Source: Camelus ferus (Eukaryota). Taken from it: 64,000 nucleotides of DNA. The position numbers and the translations under genes are program-made. Under the pieces are notes generated by a model. The model made no database searches. It saw only the letters and a list, made by a program, of their open reading frames with translations, and had not been told where the DNA came from. Below, piece by piece: positions 1 through 26,918 of the stretch (within the stretch, counting starts at the first letter, position 1; the number at the start of each line of letters is the position of its first letter). The DNA lies in assembly GCF_009834535.1 (NCBI RefSeq), contig NC_045708.1:22506001-22570000 (forward strand), given 5' to 3'.

Positions 1-136
1 TATGGGTAAATAAACTGAGGCTTAAAGAACTTAGGCAACATTTAACCCAAATTAGTAAATTTGGGCCTGAAAAATCCCAACCAATAGCATAACCACCTTA
101 ATTTCTCTCTCAACCCCTCCTTCGCTCCTGCTCTAG

Positions 137-9142
<9,006 letters not shown>

Positions 9143-11296
9143 GGAGCCCGTGCTGGGAAGGGGCGAGCAGCCCGGGCCAGCCTAGCCCGTGCGAGGCTCC
9201 CACCGCTGAGGCCCAGGGTGCTCTGACCTGGCTGGCATCTGACTCTGCGGTTTCAGATTTTGTGGGTCAGTTTTACGTACATAAGGCATATGCTCAAGGC
9301 CTCATACATTTATATCTGAACGTGTAAAATGGGCTTGCATCAGAGGTGGGGGTGTGTCCAGATGAAGTCAGTGGCTCTTCTGTGAGCTGAGGAGTCTTTA
9401 CACGGAGCTGTAGTCACAGTGAGCCGGCAGGACGAGTGACTTGAGCATGAGCATTTCCCTGCCCTATTTGAGGCTCAGCCCCTCCCTCCTGTGACAGGTG
9501 ACACGTCCAGGCCTTGACTGTGTTTCTCCTGTTAGCGGGACATGGGCAGCTCTGGCTCTCCCAGCTCTCCTGGAAGCTCCTTGGCTTCTGACCCGGAAAA
9601 GAGGTGGCCAGGCAGGGCGTTGACAGGGCAACTTAGAGCCACCGGCGATCGAACTGCTTCCCTGCCTAGGACAAGGGACCTGGAGAATGTTCTGTGTGGG
9701 ATGACGTGCTGGTAGGGAGCCCCTCAGGCACCGCTTCCCCTGCCCTCTGGTAGTGCCAGGACCAGGCCAACGATGCTTCGCAGTAGCCTTATCATTCACA
9801 GGTGCCTCTGTAGCCTGCACAAATGATTGACAAGAGATCACCCAAAGGATTCTGAAGGTTTTGGGGTTTTGTTTTGTTTCCTTTGTTCTTGTTTTGTTTT
9901 TGTTTTCCACATGTGGCAGTGTTTGTATTGAGGATCTTCTGAGGAAGGGGTGCTATAGCAGTGGTGCCTGGGTTCCTGGCCTCCAGTGCCCCCACCACCC
10001 CAACTGGCAGCTTTGCCGTGCTGGTACTGACAGCTTGAAGGAATCAGATGGTTTATAGTGAGAGGAAGAAAAGGGCTTCTGATGGCTTTTGCCACAAGCT
10101 CACCTATGGTTTCGATCCTGGGAGGCCACTGCTGACGCCATCACTGCTGTCTCCATGCAGCTGTTGCTGGGCCCCAGATCCAGCTGCCTCCTTGGCTTTC
10201 TGAGTCTGTTTTGCTTCCTCCACCCCCACCTCCAGTGTGCCATCTTTGAGCCCTGTCTGCCTTGACATCCCACTTCCTGTATGGGGGCCCCCAGCTCTTG
10301 TCTGACAGCTGATGGATAAGAGTGAGACTCACCATTGACAGAGCCCCAGAAATCCACAGAATGGCTGCAGATATTTGTGTAATTTTTTTTCTCCCCCCAG
10401 CCCCATCTCCGTCCCTCATACATGGTACCCTATACCCTGAAGCTTCTGCTGGTTGCAGACTTGCTGGCACATTAGTTCGTCTTTGTACAGAACAATTTTT
10501 TGGAACAGCAGAATAAGTTGGGTCAGGAAGCAGGGCTGTGCTGAGTTTGGGGTACTGTAAGCCCGTCTCTAGTGGGGCCTCAGCTTTGGTGTAGCTGAGA
10601 GAACCACAGACTAAGATGGATTGGATGGTTATGTTTTTTGCTTTTTGTTGTATTTCTTTCAGGTTAATTCATTATCTTACAGGTCCCTTCATCTTCCACA
10701 AATAGCCCACTTTTTCAGCCCTTAACTTAAATCCCTCAGATAATTAGGTTCATGAACAGTATTAGGTACTTCTGAGTTATGTTAGGACTTAGATCAGAGA
10801 TGGCAAATGAATAGCACGCCATTGCCCCTCTCCCCCCATGGTAGGTACCCCTACTTTGCTTCAGAGGATTTCCTGCTAAGTCCCTAGCATATCCTCATTT
10901 CTCAAGATTTGCCCAGCAGCCAGTACACATGTTGAGACCTAATTTGCCATTCCTGGCTGAGATACTGCTCTGCTGAGGTGCATGAGAGCTGCCAACCCCA
11001 TACAGGGTTTGCTGTGCTAAGAAGTTTCTGCTTGCCCCCTTCAAAGAGAGCAGGAAGGCCTGCAATGGCCCACGTGATTGCCTGCCTCAGTTCAGCTACC
11101 TCTTAAAGCTCATAGTGTTGGGGAGGGGGAGGCTGTTGGAGCCCAGCGAGGTGTGGGAAATCACAGCTGAGTAGCATAGCAGTTCTCAGGAACCAAGTCC
11201 AGTGAGCAAGGTGGCCCCAGCTGTGCGGGGTGGAACCTTTGCTCTCAGCTGCGGCGAGTGGTCTCTAGGCCTCCAGGCCAGGCAACACATGGGGAC

Positions 11297-11325
11297 CCTC
11301 TTCCTCTTCCTCTTCCTCTTCCTCT
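11297..11325. repeat. (CCTCTT)n repeat in the TXLNA 3' UTR
   Basis: About five hexamer units. Confidence 0.85.
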
Positions 11326-12092
11326 CCATTGACCAAATCTTACCAGTCACTACAGCTGCTCTGCTTGCTCTGCTTTCCAAAGTCAGCCCAGGTGCCGGGG
11401 TGCTGCCTACACCAGCCAGAATCCTGGGCCAGATAAAGGGGAGGTGTCTCTCCAAGAATGAAGGCCGGTTCCTAAGTCACTGGGGCGGGTCTCATGCACG
11501 TGACCTCAGATTTAGGACCAAGAGCTGTGTTGCATTCTTAGATTGCTAGCTTTTCCTCCAGGGGACCACGGCAGGTGAGGCTCTGCTGACGGTAATTTGT
11601 GTTCAGGGTCTTGTCCAGCTGAGAGCTTCATGCACACCAGGTTCTGAGAGGTGTCAGCAGCACTTTTTAAGATTTGTTTTCCATGAGGTTTTTGGACCAT
11701 GGGCTGAGCTCAGGCACTTTCTGTAATAGAATGTTAACGTCTTTAAAGATGGTTATTCCCCCTCCACCACCCCCATCCTGGTGGCCCTGCTGAGGGCTGA
11801 CGGAAAGGCCAGCGGAGCTGCTCTGGCGTCTCTAGGGGAGGGCTGAAGCCTGCTGAGTTGGTTCTCCAGCTGCTGCTCCAGCCCTCCCACCTAGCACAGC
11901 ACAGAGGCAGTCACCCCAGGGACAGCCTGGTACCTGCCTGGGGGAGGGGTGCTGCCTTTTGTCCCTGTAACTGCTTTCCTTATGGCCCAGCCTGGCCACC
12001 CAGATTTGTTTGAAGCTGTGCTGACAGCTTCTTTGTCTCCTTTTGGTATTTACAACAGCCAGGGACTTGATTTTGATGTATTTTAAAACCAC

Positions 12093-12102
12093 ATTAAATA
12101 AA
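12093..12102 (+). terminator. TXLNA: TXLNA polyadenylation signal (overlapping ATTAAA/AATAAA) ending a ~3 kb 3' UTR
   Basis: ATTAAATAAA at 12093-12102 followed by GT/T-rich sequence. Confidence 0.75.
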
Positions 12103-14599
12103 GAGTCTGTTGCCTTACTTATTTCTCTCCTGATCTTCGTGGTCATTTGGTGCTTCTGGATCCGTCCAGCCATCACTGGTATGTCCAGATCTGCTCCAGA
12201 GTCTCTGGCTCTGTCCTGGTATCTTGCACCTTCCAGAGTGGTCTGCCTTCCAGCAGTAACCGCAGGTACGGAATGCTAGCCAGCTCACCCAAGCTGCCTG
12301 AGTGGAGCCCTCAGCAAAGTTGGCGTGATGCTCATCATATATATATGACTTCTTTCAATCAAAGATTGTCCCTGCCTTCTGAGGACTCACAGGCTATTGA
12401 GGGAAAAGGTGCTTTTAGATACAGAGAGGTTACTTGTGCTATGGGAGCATAGAAGAGGTCCTGTCCCTTTCAGCAAGGTGATAGGGGTAGATCCTGGAAT
12501 AGCCTTAGGACCCAAAGGGCAAGTAGAAGTTTGACAACATTAAGGACGTGGTTCACCTAGCAATGCAGCTGCTCAGGAGAGTGGTGGAAGGAGATATATC
12601 AGAGACCAAATGACCAGGAGCCTGTGTGCCAGGTTAAGGAACTGGGGCTAGATCCACGGGTGGGGAGTGGGGTAGAGGGGAACCACTGAAGTTGTTAAAA
12701 TAAGAAATTCGTTAAGTCCACGAGGAAGGCAAAAGGCAAGACCAGAGAGCTGAACATAGGCCAGTTGGGGCCCAAATCAAGATGAGTGGACACTGCACCA
12801 CTGCTATTTGGGCTGTCTGCTATGGATAGCATCCCTTGGGCACTGGCCCTCCCAAGGGAATACACAGGCCCTTCCAGGTTCCTTTGATTTTGTGCATTCC
12901 ATGACAAGACCACATCCTGCACCCAGTTCTTAAGAATGGGCTGGTTTTAAAAAAAAAAAAAGAATGGACTGATTTCTTACACACTCCTGTTCACCCACCC
13001 CAAGCCTAGGTGTAAAAGTTGAGACTCCTAAATTTAGGGCAGACATTCTACTGGCAGCCTCACCCAGCACCCTGCTCTCTCCCGGGACTGGACTGGTCTG
13101 ACGCAAAGGAATATATATGAATGCCTCCAAAATGACAGAGACAACTAAAGTGCCCTTCCCTCCAGGCCTCCATAGGCAGATGTGTCCACACTAGCTGTGA
13201 CAATCTCCACAAAACCCCTGCCCCTTTTGATCAGAGTCCTAATGGGTTGATATTTTTCTGTGCTGGCCACATTGATTGGCTCCAGTCAGAGATCTTTGGA
13301 GGGGGTCTAGGGAGACAGCCATAATTCTTGGAGCTTCAGAACAAGCTCTGAGAATTCTGCTGTAGTGCTGAGAATGACCTCTCTCTGCCACTTTCCTAGG
13401 AGAGCCTTTGTGCCACTCTCTAGCAGCTCTGGGAGGGGAGGAGAGGGACATTCAGTTGTCCCCTTTGCCTACCTATGCAGACCCCTCCCTCCAACCCCTG
13501 GTTATTGAAGTCCTAAATTAATGTCTCCCCTTCTGGAGCTGTCTAGGTGTTGGAAGCATCTGGGCAAGATCCCTGTTCAAGAGCCTTTGGAAATAGTGTC
13601 CATCCCTCCAGAGTTCAGTGAGGCCCCAGGAAGCTGCTCCTGCCCAGTGGGAGGGGAAAGGTAGGTGAGGTGGCTTTGCACTGGCCCCAGGGCAGTTACT
13701 TGAGACTGCAGGGCAGCCTGGCCAAAGGATAAGCCCATCTCCTGTTGCATCAGATGCTTCTCTAGGGACCTGAGCGGGGAGCCTTTGCCAGGTCTTAATA
13801 GCTGCCCCATTGATCTGCCCCCCATCCACTGCCAGCAGCACCACCAGCCCTAGCTCAGCCTCCATGGAGCACTCAGGTTTCCCTCCTGGGGGCTGGTGTC
13901 AATCCAACTGGTTTCCCTCTGACCTGATGCTCACCACACGTGTCCCTAGGCCTGGGGGTGGGGAGAGGTTAGGCTTGATCGCCTCATTTCATGAGTGGCT
14001 GAATACAGCCCTTACTGCCTACCAGGAAAAGTGTCTGGGTGTTGTGGGGAGAGTGGTATTGCTCTCAAAAGACTATTGTTTCCTTTCAGTAAAATGGTAT
14101 CTCCCTTCTGTTAATGTACATAAAATGCTTAATAGGGGACCTGGACTCACTTGAAAGGTGTTTTTCTTCTCTTGCAGTTTCTTCCTGCTGCTGCTTCTTG
14201 TGCGTCTTATATGACATATATATGGATTCATTCATTCTCTCTCCCCCTCTTCCTCCTCCCCTCCACTTCTGACAAAGCTGCCACCATTTTGTAAGGTAGC
14301 TTCTCTCCAAAACTAATAGGAAAATAAAAAGTTTTAGATAGCCATCACACAACCAACGTGGTCACCTTACTTCAGGTGGGGCAGTAAAGTCGAGTGAGAG
14401 GGACAGCTTAATAAACGTGGGGATACTCCTCCCATCTTACTCCATCCCGCTGTTAAAAAAAAAAAGGTCACTTTCTCTTTAAATGCAAATTATCTCCGCA
14501 AGCTCAGCTTCCACCCATTCGGCTCCCTAGTTGGAGAGTGCTGAGGGCGAAGGGAACCTGCACAGAAGCATCACTCCTGATCCCAAACCTCCAGGTCAG

Positions 14600-15130
14600 T
14601 TTCCCCCTTCGGCAGTGGGGGCGGGGGGCGGAATAACGAGGGTCTGAAGTTCCATTTTGGATCCTGGCTCCTGAACTGAGCTATCTATTTGGCTTTGGAG
14701 ACTGATCGTGGGAAACAGATCCCAGATCGCCCCCAGCCATTCCTGGCCTGATCCAATTTTTCTATCGAGTTCCTAATTGGACCAAGCTGCTACTGGGAGA
14801 GGGATTTGAAGCGCTCTTACCTACTTTCAACCACACCCCCTCACTGCCAGCCAGCCTCGTGCCAATTTAAATGCTTATGCCTCCAGCGCCACCTCCATCC
14901 CAGAGTGCAGAGTCGGGCTTGGTGGTGGCTGCAGGGAGTGAGCAGCTTGGGGAAACCCCGTAAAGGGCTCTCAGAATTAGATGCGGTGGGCGGAGACCTG
15001 AGGCTGAGGGGGCGGGGCCGGGCGGCCGGCCGGCCGAGCGGTGCCAGCCTCGGGCTCAGCCTTTATTGCAGGCCCAGGCCGCCCGCTGCCCGACCACCCA
15101 GCCCACTCTGGCTGCAGCAGAAGCCTAGCA
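14600..15130 (+). promoter_or_regulatory. CCDC28B: CpG/GC-box-rich promoter and non-coding first exon region of CCDC28B (boundaries approximate)
   Basis: GGGGCGGGG boxes near 14620 and 15010, CpG-dense 14990-15100, ~0.8 kb upstream of the acceptor at 15816. Exon 1 donor not determined. Confidence 0.55.
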
Positions 15131-15840
15131 GGAACTTCCTGACTGGAGAGGGCCAAACGGCTGGAAGTCTGTCCCAGAGAACTTCTAGGAGTCGCCTGGT
15201 GTTTGCCACTGGGGGTGGGATGGAAAAGGAGGGATGCCGGTGTTGAAGTGCGTGGAATCCACACTGAGCCCTGCCCGCATGCCACGGCTTCTGGCCCTGC
15301 TGCCCATCCTCTGGGGGTTACTGCTTGACACTGGGGTCTTCCCAGGTGCCCCATCCACACTTTGGTTGCCTCCCATGCCGACAGGGTTTGTCAGCGTCTG
15401 TCCAGGCAGTTAATAAATAGAACGGAGGCTAATTAAGACAACCCTAATCCTCAGCAGGGCTCCTGCCAGCTCATATCCACCCTGTCTCCCCCTACGTTTC
15501 CTCTGCCAGCTCCACCCCCTCAGCTACAGGGACAGGAAACCCCAGGAGCAGCTGCAGCAGGAAAACAATGTCTGGTCCAGCCCTTCCAGGCTAAGGCTTG
15601 AGGGCAGGGTTGGGCAGGGAACCTGGGGTGGGCCACAGAAGGTCCTTCAGATACACATCCATGACCTCAGGAGTCGGTGCTGATAACTGACCTTCGCCAT
15701 CCTGGACAGATGAGGGGGCAATTAGGTCTCAGGGCTGTCCTTTGCAGCTCTCAGGAGTTTCCAGGGAAAGGACGGCTTTAGCCCTTACTATTTCAGTGGG
15801 ACTGCCTCCCTCCCAGGGCCTGAGGCCTAGCCAGCACCCA

Positions 15841-18487
<2,647 letters not shown>

Positions 18488-18578
18488 GCTCATTCCCTTC
18501 AAACTGTGACTTTTTACGGACTCGACTGTGTGTTCCGCGGCCCCCCAGGTGCTATGGGGGAGGGGGGTAATGGATGGA

Positions 18579-18584
18579 ATTAAA
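18579..18584 (+). terminator. CCDC28B: Probable CCDC28B polyA signal (ATTAAA)
   Basis: ATTAAA ~90 nt after the stop codon, just before the IQCC CpG island. Confidence 0.55.
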
Positions 18585-18619
18585 CCAGAAAGAAAGAAAG
18601 CGACTCCGTGTCCTCCCTG

Positions 18620-18905
18620 CCCCCACTGCGCCCTTACTCAGCAGGGTCGCCCGGGCACCAGCTACCTGGGGGCCGCCCCTGAGCAACACACTTCCGGTTC
18701 GGCAGGTCCCTCTTGTGGGGCTGGATTCCCGCGGGCATCTCTGGAGTGGGAGTTGCGGCCCGGCGCCAGCCTTGTCTAGCCCGCGCGGGAGCCGGATGGT
18801 CACCGTGGAGATGGCGGGGCGGGGCCTGCGCTAGCTAGTGCGCGGCGCGGGCCAGTGACGCACTGCGCAAGCGCCGGGCCAGCGGGTCGGTCAGCGGACG
18901 CCCGG
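18620..18905 (+). promoter_or_regulatory. IQCC: IQCC CpG-island promoter
   Basis: CpG-dense; ETS core ACTTCCGG 18690-18697, GC box near 18816, NRF1-like TGCGCAAGCGC near 18865. Confidence 0.65.
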
Positions 18906-21205
<2,300 letters not shown>

Positions 21206-21516
21206 TGAGAAACTGTCTTCCACTAGAGAGGACCACTGGAGGATCATACTGTGGAAAGCAAGACCACCAGGGTAGATCCTGGGGAATCAGGGAGGACCAG
21301 GTTCCAAAGGGATGCTATGAAAAGGCAATGAGGGAGACAGGATCTCCTCCTAGCTCCTTGGTACCAGCTCTACCCCCTGCCCCTGGCCATTGAGACCTGG
21401 CTAATGAGACCAAGAGAAGCTAAAGCACAGGGCTGGTACCAGCAGAGAGAGAAGAGGGAGGACACTCTCATCCTTTGCCTGTGGTTCAGTTCACATTTTG
21501 GGACTTACCTGGGGTA

Positions 21517-21547
21517 AATAAAGTTGGGGGGCCAGACAGAGAATAAA
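21517..21547 (+). terminator. IQCC: Two IQCC polyA signals
   Basis: AATAAA at 21517-21522 and 21542-21547. Confidence 0.7.
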
Positions 21548-22025
21548 GGTTTTTCTTAGACTCTGAGCCTGGTTGCATTCATCTTCTGCCTCTGGTCAGG
21601 ACAGACCCTGGACTCTCCTGTTTGCTTCCTGCTGACATGGGGCATCTTCCCCACAGCTGGCTGGTAGCTACAGCCCAGGAGTACACTAGCCATCCTTGGG
21701 GAACTGCCCTGAAAGCTGATCTTCCTTTAAGCTCACCCCTTGGGCTGCAGAGTAACAGGGAGGCTCTTAAGATTATCTCTCCTTCCCCCTAGTATTGGAA
21801 CGTCTGTGTTTCAGTGTTATTTCTGCCACTGCCTCTCTCGCTGAGCCCCAGGGTCATCTTTCATATATAGTGATCAGACCTGCCCTACTGTTGTGAGGCT
21901 CCCCTAAGAGCAGAGTGGATGAGACCCTGAATGCAGACAGATCTGCCTGTGGAGGCTCTCCATGCCTTTCTGGGTGAGAGAGCAGGACTCCACCTCAGAT
22001 TGGCACTCCTCCCAGCCCTGCCTTG

Positions 22026-22038
22026 GTTGCCTGGCAAC
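22026..22038. promoter_or_regulatory. DCDC2B: RFX X-box in the DCDC2B promoter/5' UTR
   Basis: GTTGCC-T-GGCAAC, a perfect inverted repeat around one base, 30 nt upstream of the ATG. Confidence 0.7.
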
Positions 22039-22067
22039 AGCTGTGCGTCTCTAGCTGAGGATACGCT

Positions 22068-25000
22068 ATGGCAGGTGGCAGTCCAGCAGCCAAGAAGGTA
22101 GTAGTGTACCGGAATGGGGACCCCTTCTCCCCAGGCCACCAGCTGGTGGTGACTCAACGACGCTTCCCCACCCTGGAGGCCTTCCTCTGTGAGGTAACAT
22201 CGGCTGTGCAGGCCCCACTGGCTGTGCGTGCTCTCTACACGCCTTGTCATGGCCACCCTGTCACCAACCTGGCGGACCTGCGGAATGGAGGGCAGTATGT
22301 GGCTGCTGGCTTCGAACGATTCTGCAAGCTTCCGTGAGTGGGCTGGGGCTGGTCAGAGCCTAGGGAGTGGGTAACAGCAACCACACTTGTTCAGCATTTA
22401 CTGTATATCTCCTGGAATACAGCAATCCTATGAAGGGGGTGGTCTTATCTCCATCCTTTGGAAGGAGAAATCAGGGTAGTGAAATAGCCTGCCTAAGAGT
22501 ACACAAGTAACAGAAGTGGAGCCACAGGTTCAAGTCGAAGTCTGACACTGATGTTCATGCCCATCATAGAGCCAGGACCAACCAGTGAGAACATTTTGAA
22601 CCTCTTTTTCCAAAGGCTCTTCTTTTTTTTGTTTGTTTTTTTTAGGGGGGGGTAATTAGGTTTATTAATTTTTATTGGAGGTACTGCGGACTGAACCCAG
22701 GACCTAGTGCATGCTAAGCACAAACTCTACCACTGAGCTATACCCTCCCCTGCTTCAAAGGGTCTTGATTGGATCCTCTACCACCAAATACTCCATCCAT
22801 CATTTCCTCCCTGCCGTGTTTAGGTATCCCATGCTTTCCACTAGGCTGGGATCACCCTTTACAGGGTGAGTGGAGCTGTGCTTTCCAAGATGGGAGAATA
22901 ATTTGAGTATCTGAACTTCCAAATCGGATCTGGCTTCCAGGTCCTGCTCCGCTCTCAGCTGAGGTTGCTCGCTGCTGTAACGTATGGAACAAGGAGTTGA
23001 GAGCTAGAGAGGCTTAGAATCTGGGCTATGTCACTTCTGTGTTATTTAGGTGAGTCACTTAACTCAATCTCATACAAAATGAGATAATACCACCTACCTC
23101 ATGAAAGAGAAAATTACTGAGATACAGTAGGATCTCAACCTTTAATCTTGTGGCTTGAGACCCCAGTCTGGATGTTCAGCCTGATACAGGGCCTAAGGCA
23201 GGCTCAGGGGGAGGGTATAGCTTAGCAGGCACAAGGTACTGGATTCAATCCCCAGTACCTCCATTAAAAAAAAAAAAAAAGTCTCTTAAGGCAAGTTCAC
23301 ACGTCAGCATGTTTCTGGACTGAGATGACAGACTATTCCAACAGGGAGACCTGGTGAGCTAGGTCCCAGCCCTGCACTCGCAGCTGCCAGGCTGTTGAGG
23401 TCCTAGGCTTCCCAAGATGACCTGCGACCTATCTATCCTTTCAGCTATCTACCCTCTGGAGGGAAGGATCCAGGTGGGAAGAGCAGCAGACCACCAGTGA
23501 GTCCTGGGAGAGGCCGGCCCTCAGCACTCTGTTCTCCACCCCCTCCGGGGACTGCCCCCAGTTTGGTCTGGGAAGGCAGGGGCTCTGGAAGCAGCAGATT
23601 GGCCTCTCTCCAAACCTACTCTGGAGCAGCTGCTAGCCTTCCTAGGGGTGGAGGATTTCAAGACACTATTCTTTGCTCCTTTTCCAGCCTTTTACTTATC
23701 TCTAGGCTGTAGTTCTCAAAGGAAAGAGGAAGCTGTAAAACATAGAGGGGGCGAGAGGGGGCAAGGAACGTGACTTAGGTGAGGTAGAAGCACCCTTTGG
23801 TGAAAGATGTCACCAGTCCCATCCCTCCTTGCCCTCTCTTCTGCCCCAGTCTGGTTCCTTTTCCTTACCCTACCCACCTTGGACTGACCTACCCTGACCA
23901 AAGGCCTCAGCTCTCTCCTGACTTGGGTTTCAGGGTCCTCCCATGACTCACCAGTTGTGTGGCGGGGCCCTTGGACGGCGGCCACCTGCAGGTTCCCCCT
24001 GCTACATCCAGTGAGTGCCCGTGTCAGAGATTTTTGTTTCAGTGAGACCAAGAAAATGGGGGTGGATTTGTTCCAGGAGCCCCTGGTCACCGGTGGGGTT
24101 ATAAAAAGTCCAGCATGCTTGGTGGGTGAAAATGGACCAATGCACTGGTCCTTGGCCCATCTTCTGGCCCCTGTGCCACCCCTCATCCTCTCACACCATT
24201 ACCAGGCTGCTCTTTGTCCCAGTGTGTTCAGGAATGGGGACCTGTTAAGTCCCCCATTTAGCCTGAAGCTGCCCCAGGCTGCCAGCGAGGACTGGGAAGC
24301 AGTGTTGAAGCTCCTGACCAAGAAGGTGAAATTACAGAGCGGGACTGTGTGCAAGTGAGTCTGGGGACTGGGGAGACCTGAAAGTCCCCAAAGGGAGCCT
24401 CCCTTCTGGTTTTGGCTGTTCTCAAAAATGAAAAGGCAAAAGGAAAGCATGTTTCCCGAAATGGGACTTCTTTCTGTGCCACAGAGAGAGAGGCCCCTCC
24501 AGCCCAGCCCTCGGAGCCAGGACAGAGCCTGGTGTCCGGAGGGCCAGCAGCCAAAAGGCACTTTGGAATAGTTGTACCCATCCCCTCATAATCTGCTGAA
24601 TATGAAGATGCATCTTGTTCACTGGCCCTTATCTGCTCACCTCTCTCTCCCAGACTCTGCACCCTGGAGGGGCTCCCGCTGTCAGCAAGGGAGGCTCTGG
24701 TGAGTGGCCATTACTATGTGGCTGTTGGAGAGGATGAATTCAAGGCCCTCCCCTACCTGGAGCTGCTAGTGCCCAGCCCCTCACTGCCCAGGGGATGCTG
24801 GTACGTACGTGTGAGGTGGAAGGGTAGCAGGTTAGAGCAGAGGACCCCACCCTGACTCTGTGTCCTCCTCGGCCTATTATAAACCCTTTCTTTTTTCATT
24901 GCAGGCATCCCCCAGACCCAAGGTCCAGGCCCCACAAGCAGGGGGTAGGCGATGCAGCAGGCCACGGGGGTGGGAAAGAAAGGGGGTGACCAGCTGAGTC

Positions 25001-26624
25001 CTCCTCCAGCTCAGGCTCTGATCTTCTCTCACTGCATCCTCTCAATAATCTCGTGAAATAGAGATTATTATTCCCATTTTCCAGAGGAGAGGCTAAGTTG
25101 AGAGGAGTGAAGTAATTTGTTCAATGTAACACAGTTATTGACATGGGCCAGATCAGAACCTGGTCTGAAAGCCAGCTCATCTGGGCTCTATGAAGATCTT
25201 CAGGACTCTGAATTGCTGGACCTAATGTCTTCTTGCCAGGTTGGATGCTGGGAGAAAGAACCAGCATATCTGGCACAGCAGGGTCCAAAGATGGTTACCA
25301 GCTTCCCGTCTTATCCTAAGCCTGAGCCCTCCCAAGAGATGAGCCAGTGCACATTGAGTGGGGGTTAGAGGGATACAGCCTGGTTTCATTGGGCATCTTC
25401 AGTACCAGGCACCACCTGCTGTGCCCTGGATAAGGCAACCTGATGGGAAGAGGGAGCAGGGAGGGGGGATGCAGGTTATGAGGGTGGACAGCATCTCTTC
25501 TCCCAAGCTCCCACAGGCACCAGGGGCATTCAAGCCTGGACTGGGAGTAGACAAGGTAAGGACAGCTAGCAGCCACGGCCCAAGCCCTGTGTTCCCTCTG
25601 CAGGCCCATGGCCACAGGGCACAGGCATCCCAGTCCTCTCCAAAGGAAGCCAGCCAAATTGAGCCATCTGCTTTCTATGCCAGACCCCAGCAGGCCATTC
25701 AGCCAAGAAGCATGCTGCCTACTCTCTCCTTTCTATCAGGTGAGGGGACCCCAGAATCCAAGGCCTTCTTAGCCAACCCTCTGACAGTGACATAGGATGG
25801 GCCCTGCTATGATGGGGGAGGTCCGTGGGGAAGAACGCCCAGGTTCAGAGCCGCTCCTGACCTTAGCACAACTGTCTCCTACTCCTCCATGTGCATATCC
25901 AGTCTCTTGTCTCTTCACAGGGATTTGGCTTATGAAAAGAAGCAGGTGGAAACTCAAAGCAATGACATTGCAGGGGTGGGATTTGGAAGGCATGGGGATG
26001 GGGATCAAAAGCCTGCCTCTCAACTGAGCTGCCAACCTCTGAGGTCATGAGGGATGCGGAATGAGGCTGGGGGAGGCAAGGGGGCTGGTAGACAAGGTCA
26101 AGGAAAGCATGCTGAGGGCTCCTCAGCCTGGGCATCAGCCTGTTGCCTCCCACATCAGGAGTCAAGGGAGTGTATGGAGCTCCCCACCCAAGGAAGGAGA
26201 CGGCAGGGGCCCAGGAAGTAGCAGATGATGAGGACACCTGGACCGAGGAACTCTTAGATCAGGTGTGCTGGGGCTGGAAGCCATATGTTGGGACTGGAGT
26301 TCTGAGCTGGAAACCAGCAGCCCTGGGTCCCAGAGACAGTTCTCTCTTGAGACTGTGAGTAGACCTCTTAAACTCTCAGAGTCTGACTTCCTACCTTGTT
26401 AAATGAAAGGGCAGATCCTAATTTCTAGTCTTTTCCTTTTCTGGGGTCAGGAAACTCAAGACTAAGGGCTGGGGGCTGGGCATGGGGTGCTAATGGCTTC
26501 ATTCTGTATGGCCTTCTGCCTCCTCCAGAGGGCAGCCCAGATAGTGGAAGAGGCCCTGTTCCTGGAAAACCAGCCTGGGGCTGGGGCAGCTATCTCAGCC
26601 TCGGCCTCTGCTCCACCATCTTGA
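22068..26624 (+). CDS. DCDC2B: Doublecortin domain-containing protein 2B, 349 aa, complete
   Basis: Exons 22068-22333, 23445-23496, 23934-24010, 24223-24354, 24654-24800, 24905-24944, 25604-25739, 26159-26262, 26529-26624 total 1050 nt. Two DCX domains ([10 protein letters not shown]..., [12 protein letters not shown]...). Confidence 0.96.
22623..22750 (-). mobile_element. tRNA-derived SINE (camelid-type)
   Basis: Reverse complement of GGGGAGGGTATAGCTCAGTGGTAGAG...CTGGGTTC head with A/B-box-like motifs and an A-rich tail; degenerate TSD caaagg(c/g)tctt. Confidence 0.85.
23207..23280 (+). mobile_element. tRNA-derived SINE with internal deletion
   Basis: GGGGAGGGTATAGCTTAGCA...TGGATTCAATCCCCAGTACCTCCATT(A)n; TSD taaggcaggctca / taaggcaagttca. 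Confidence 0.85.
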
Positions 26625-26918
26625 GAGCCTCAGCTCTGACCAGGAACTGAGGACGGCCACTCTGCAGCCACCTTTTATCCTCAGCCTCCAGAGGCCTGTT
26701 CTCCAGGACCCAGCACATCCCCTGGGCTCACAGGGTACACAGAAGCTCCCTCAGTCCCACCCTTCTGCTCCTAAACCCATAGCCCAGTCTTCCCTTCCTC
26801 TCTGAGCAGAGCAGCCCCAGCCACAGAGGCCATTTCTTTATGAGGTTCTCTGGCCAGAGAAAGGAGTGGTCAACTGAGCTTGGGGGAGAGACCACAAACT
26901 TGGGAGCAGGTCTGTCAC

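Noticed and set aside
14482-14489. Octamer ATGCAAAT as an snRNA-type promoter element
   Set aside because: No proximal sequence element or recognisable snRNA downstream; the other copy at ~45857 lies within the MER5-like relic.
22334-26528. U12 introns in DCDC2B or the MTMR9-like gene
   Set aside because: All donors are U2-type (GTGAG, GTAAG, GTACG, GTAGG, GTGTG and similar); none matches GTATCCT.
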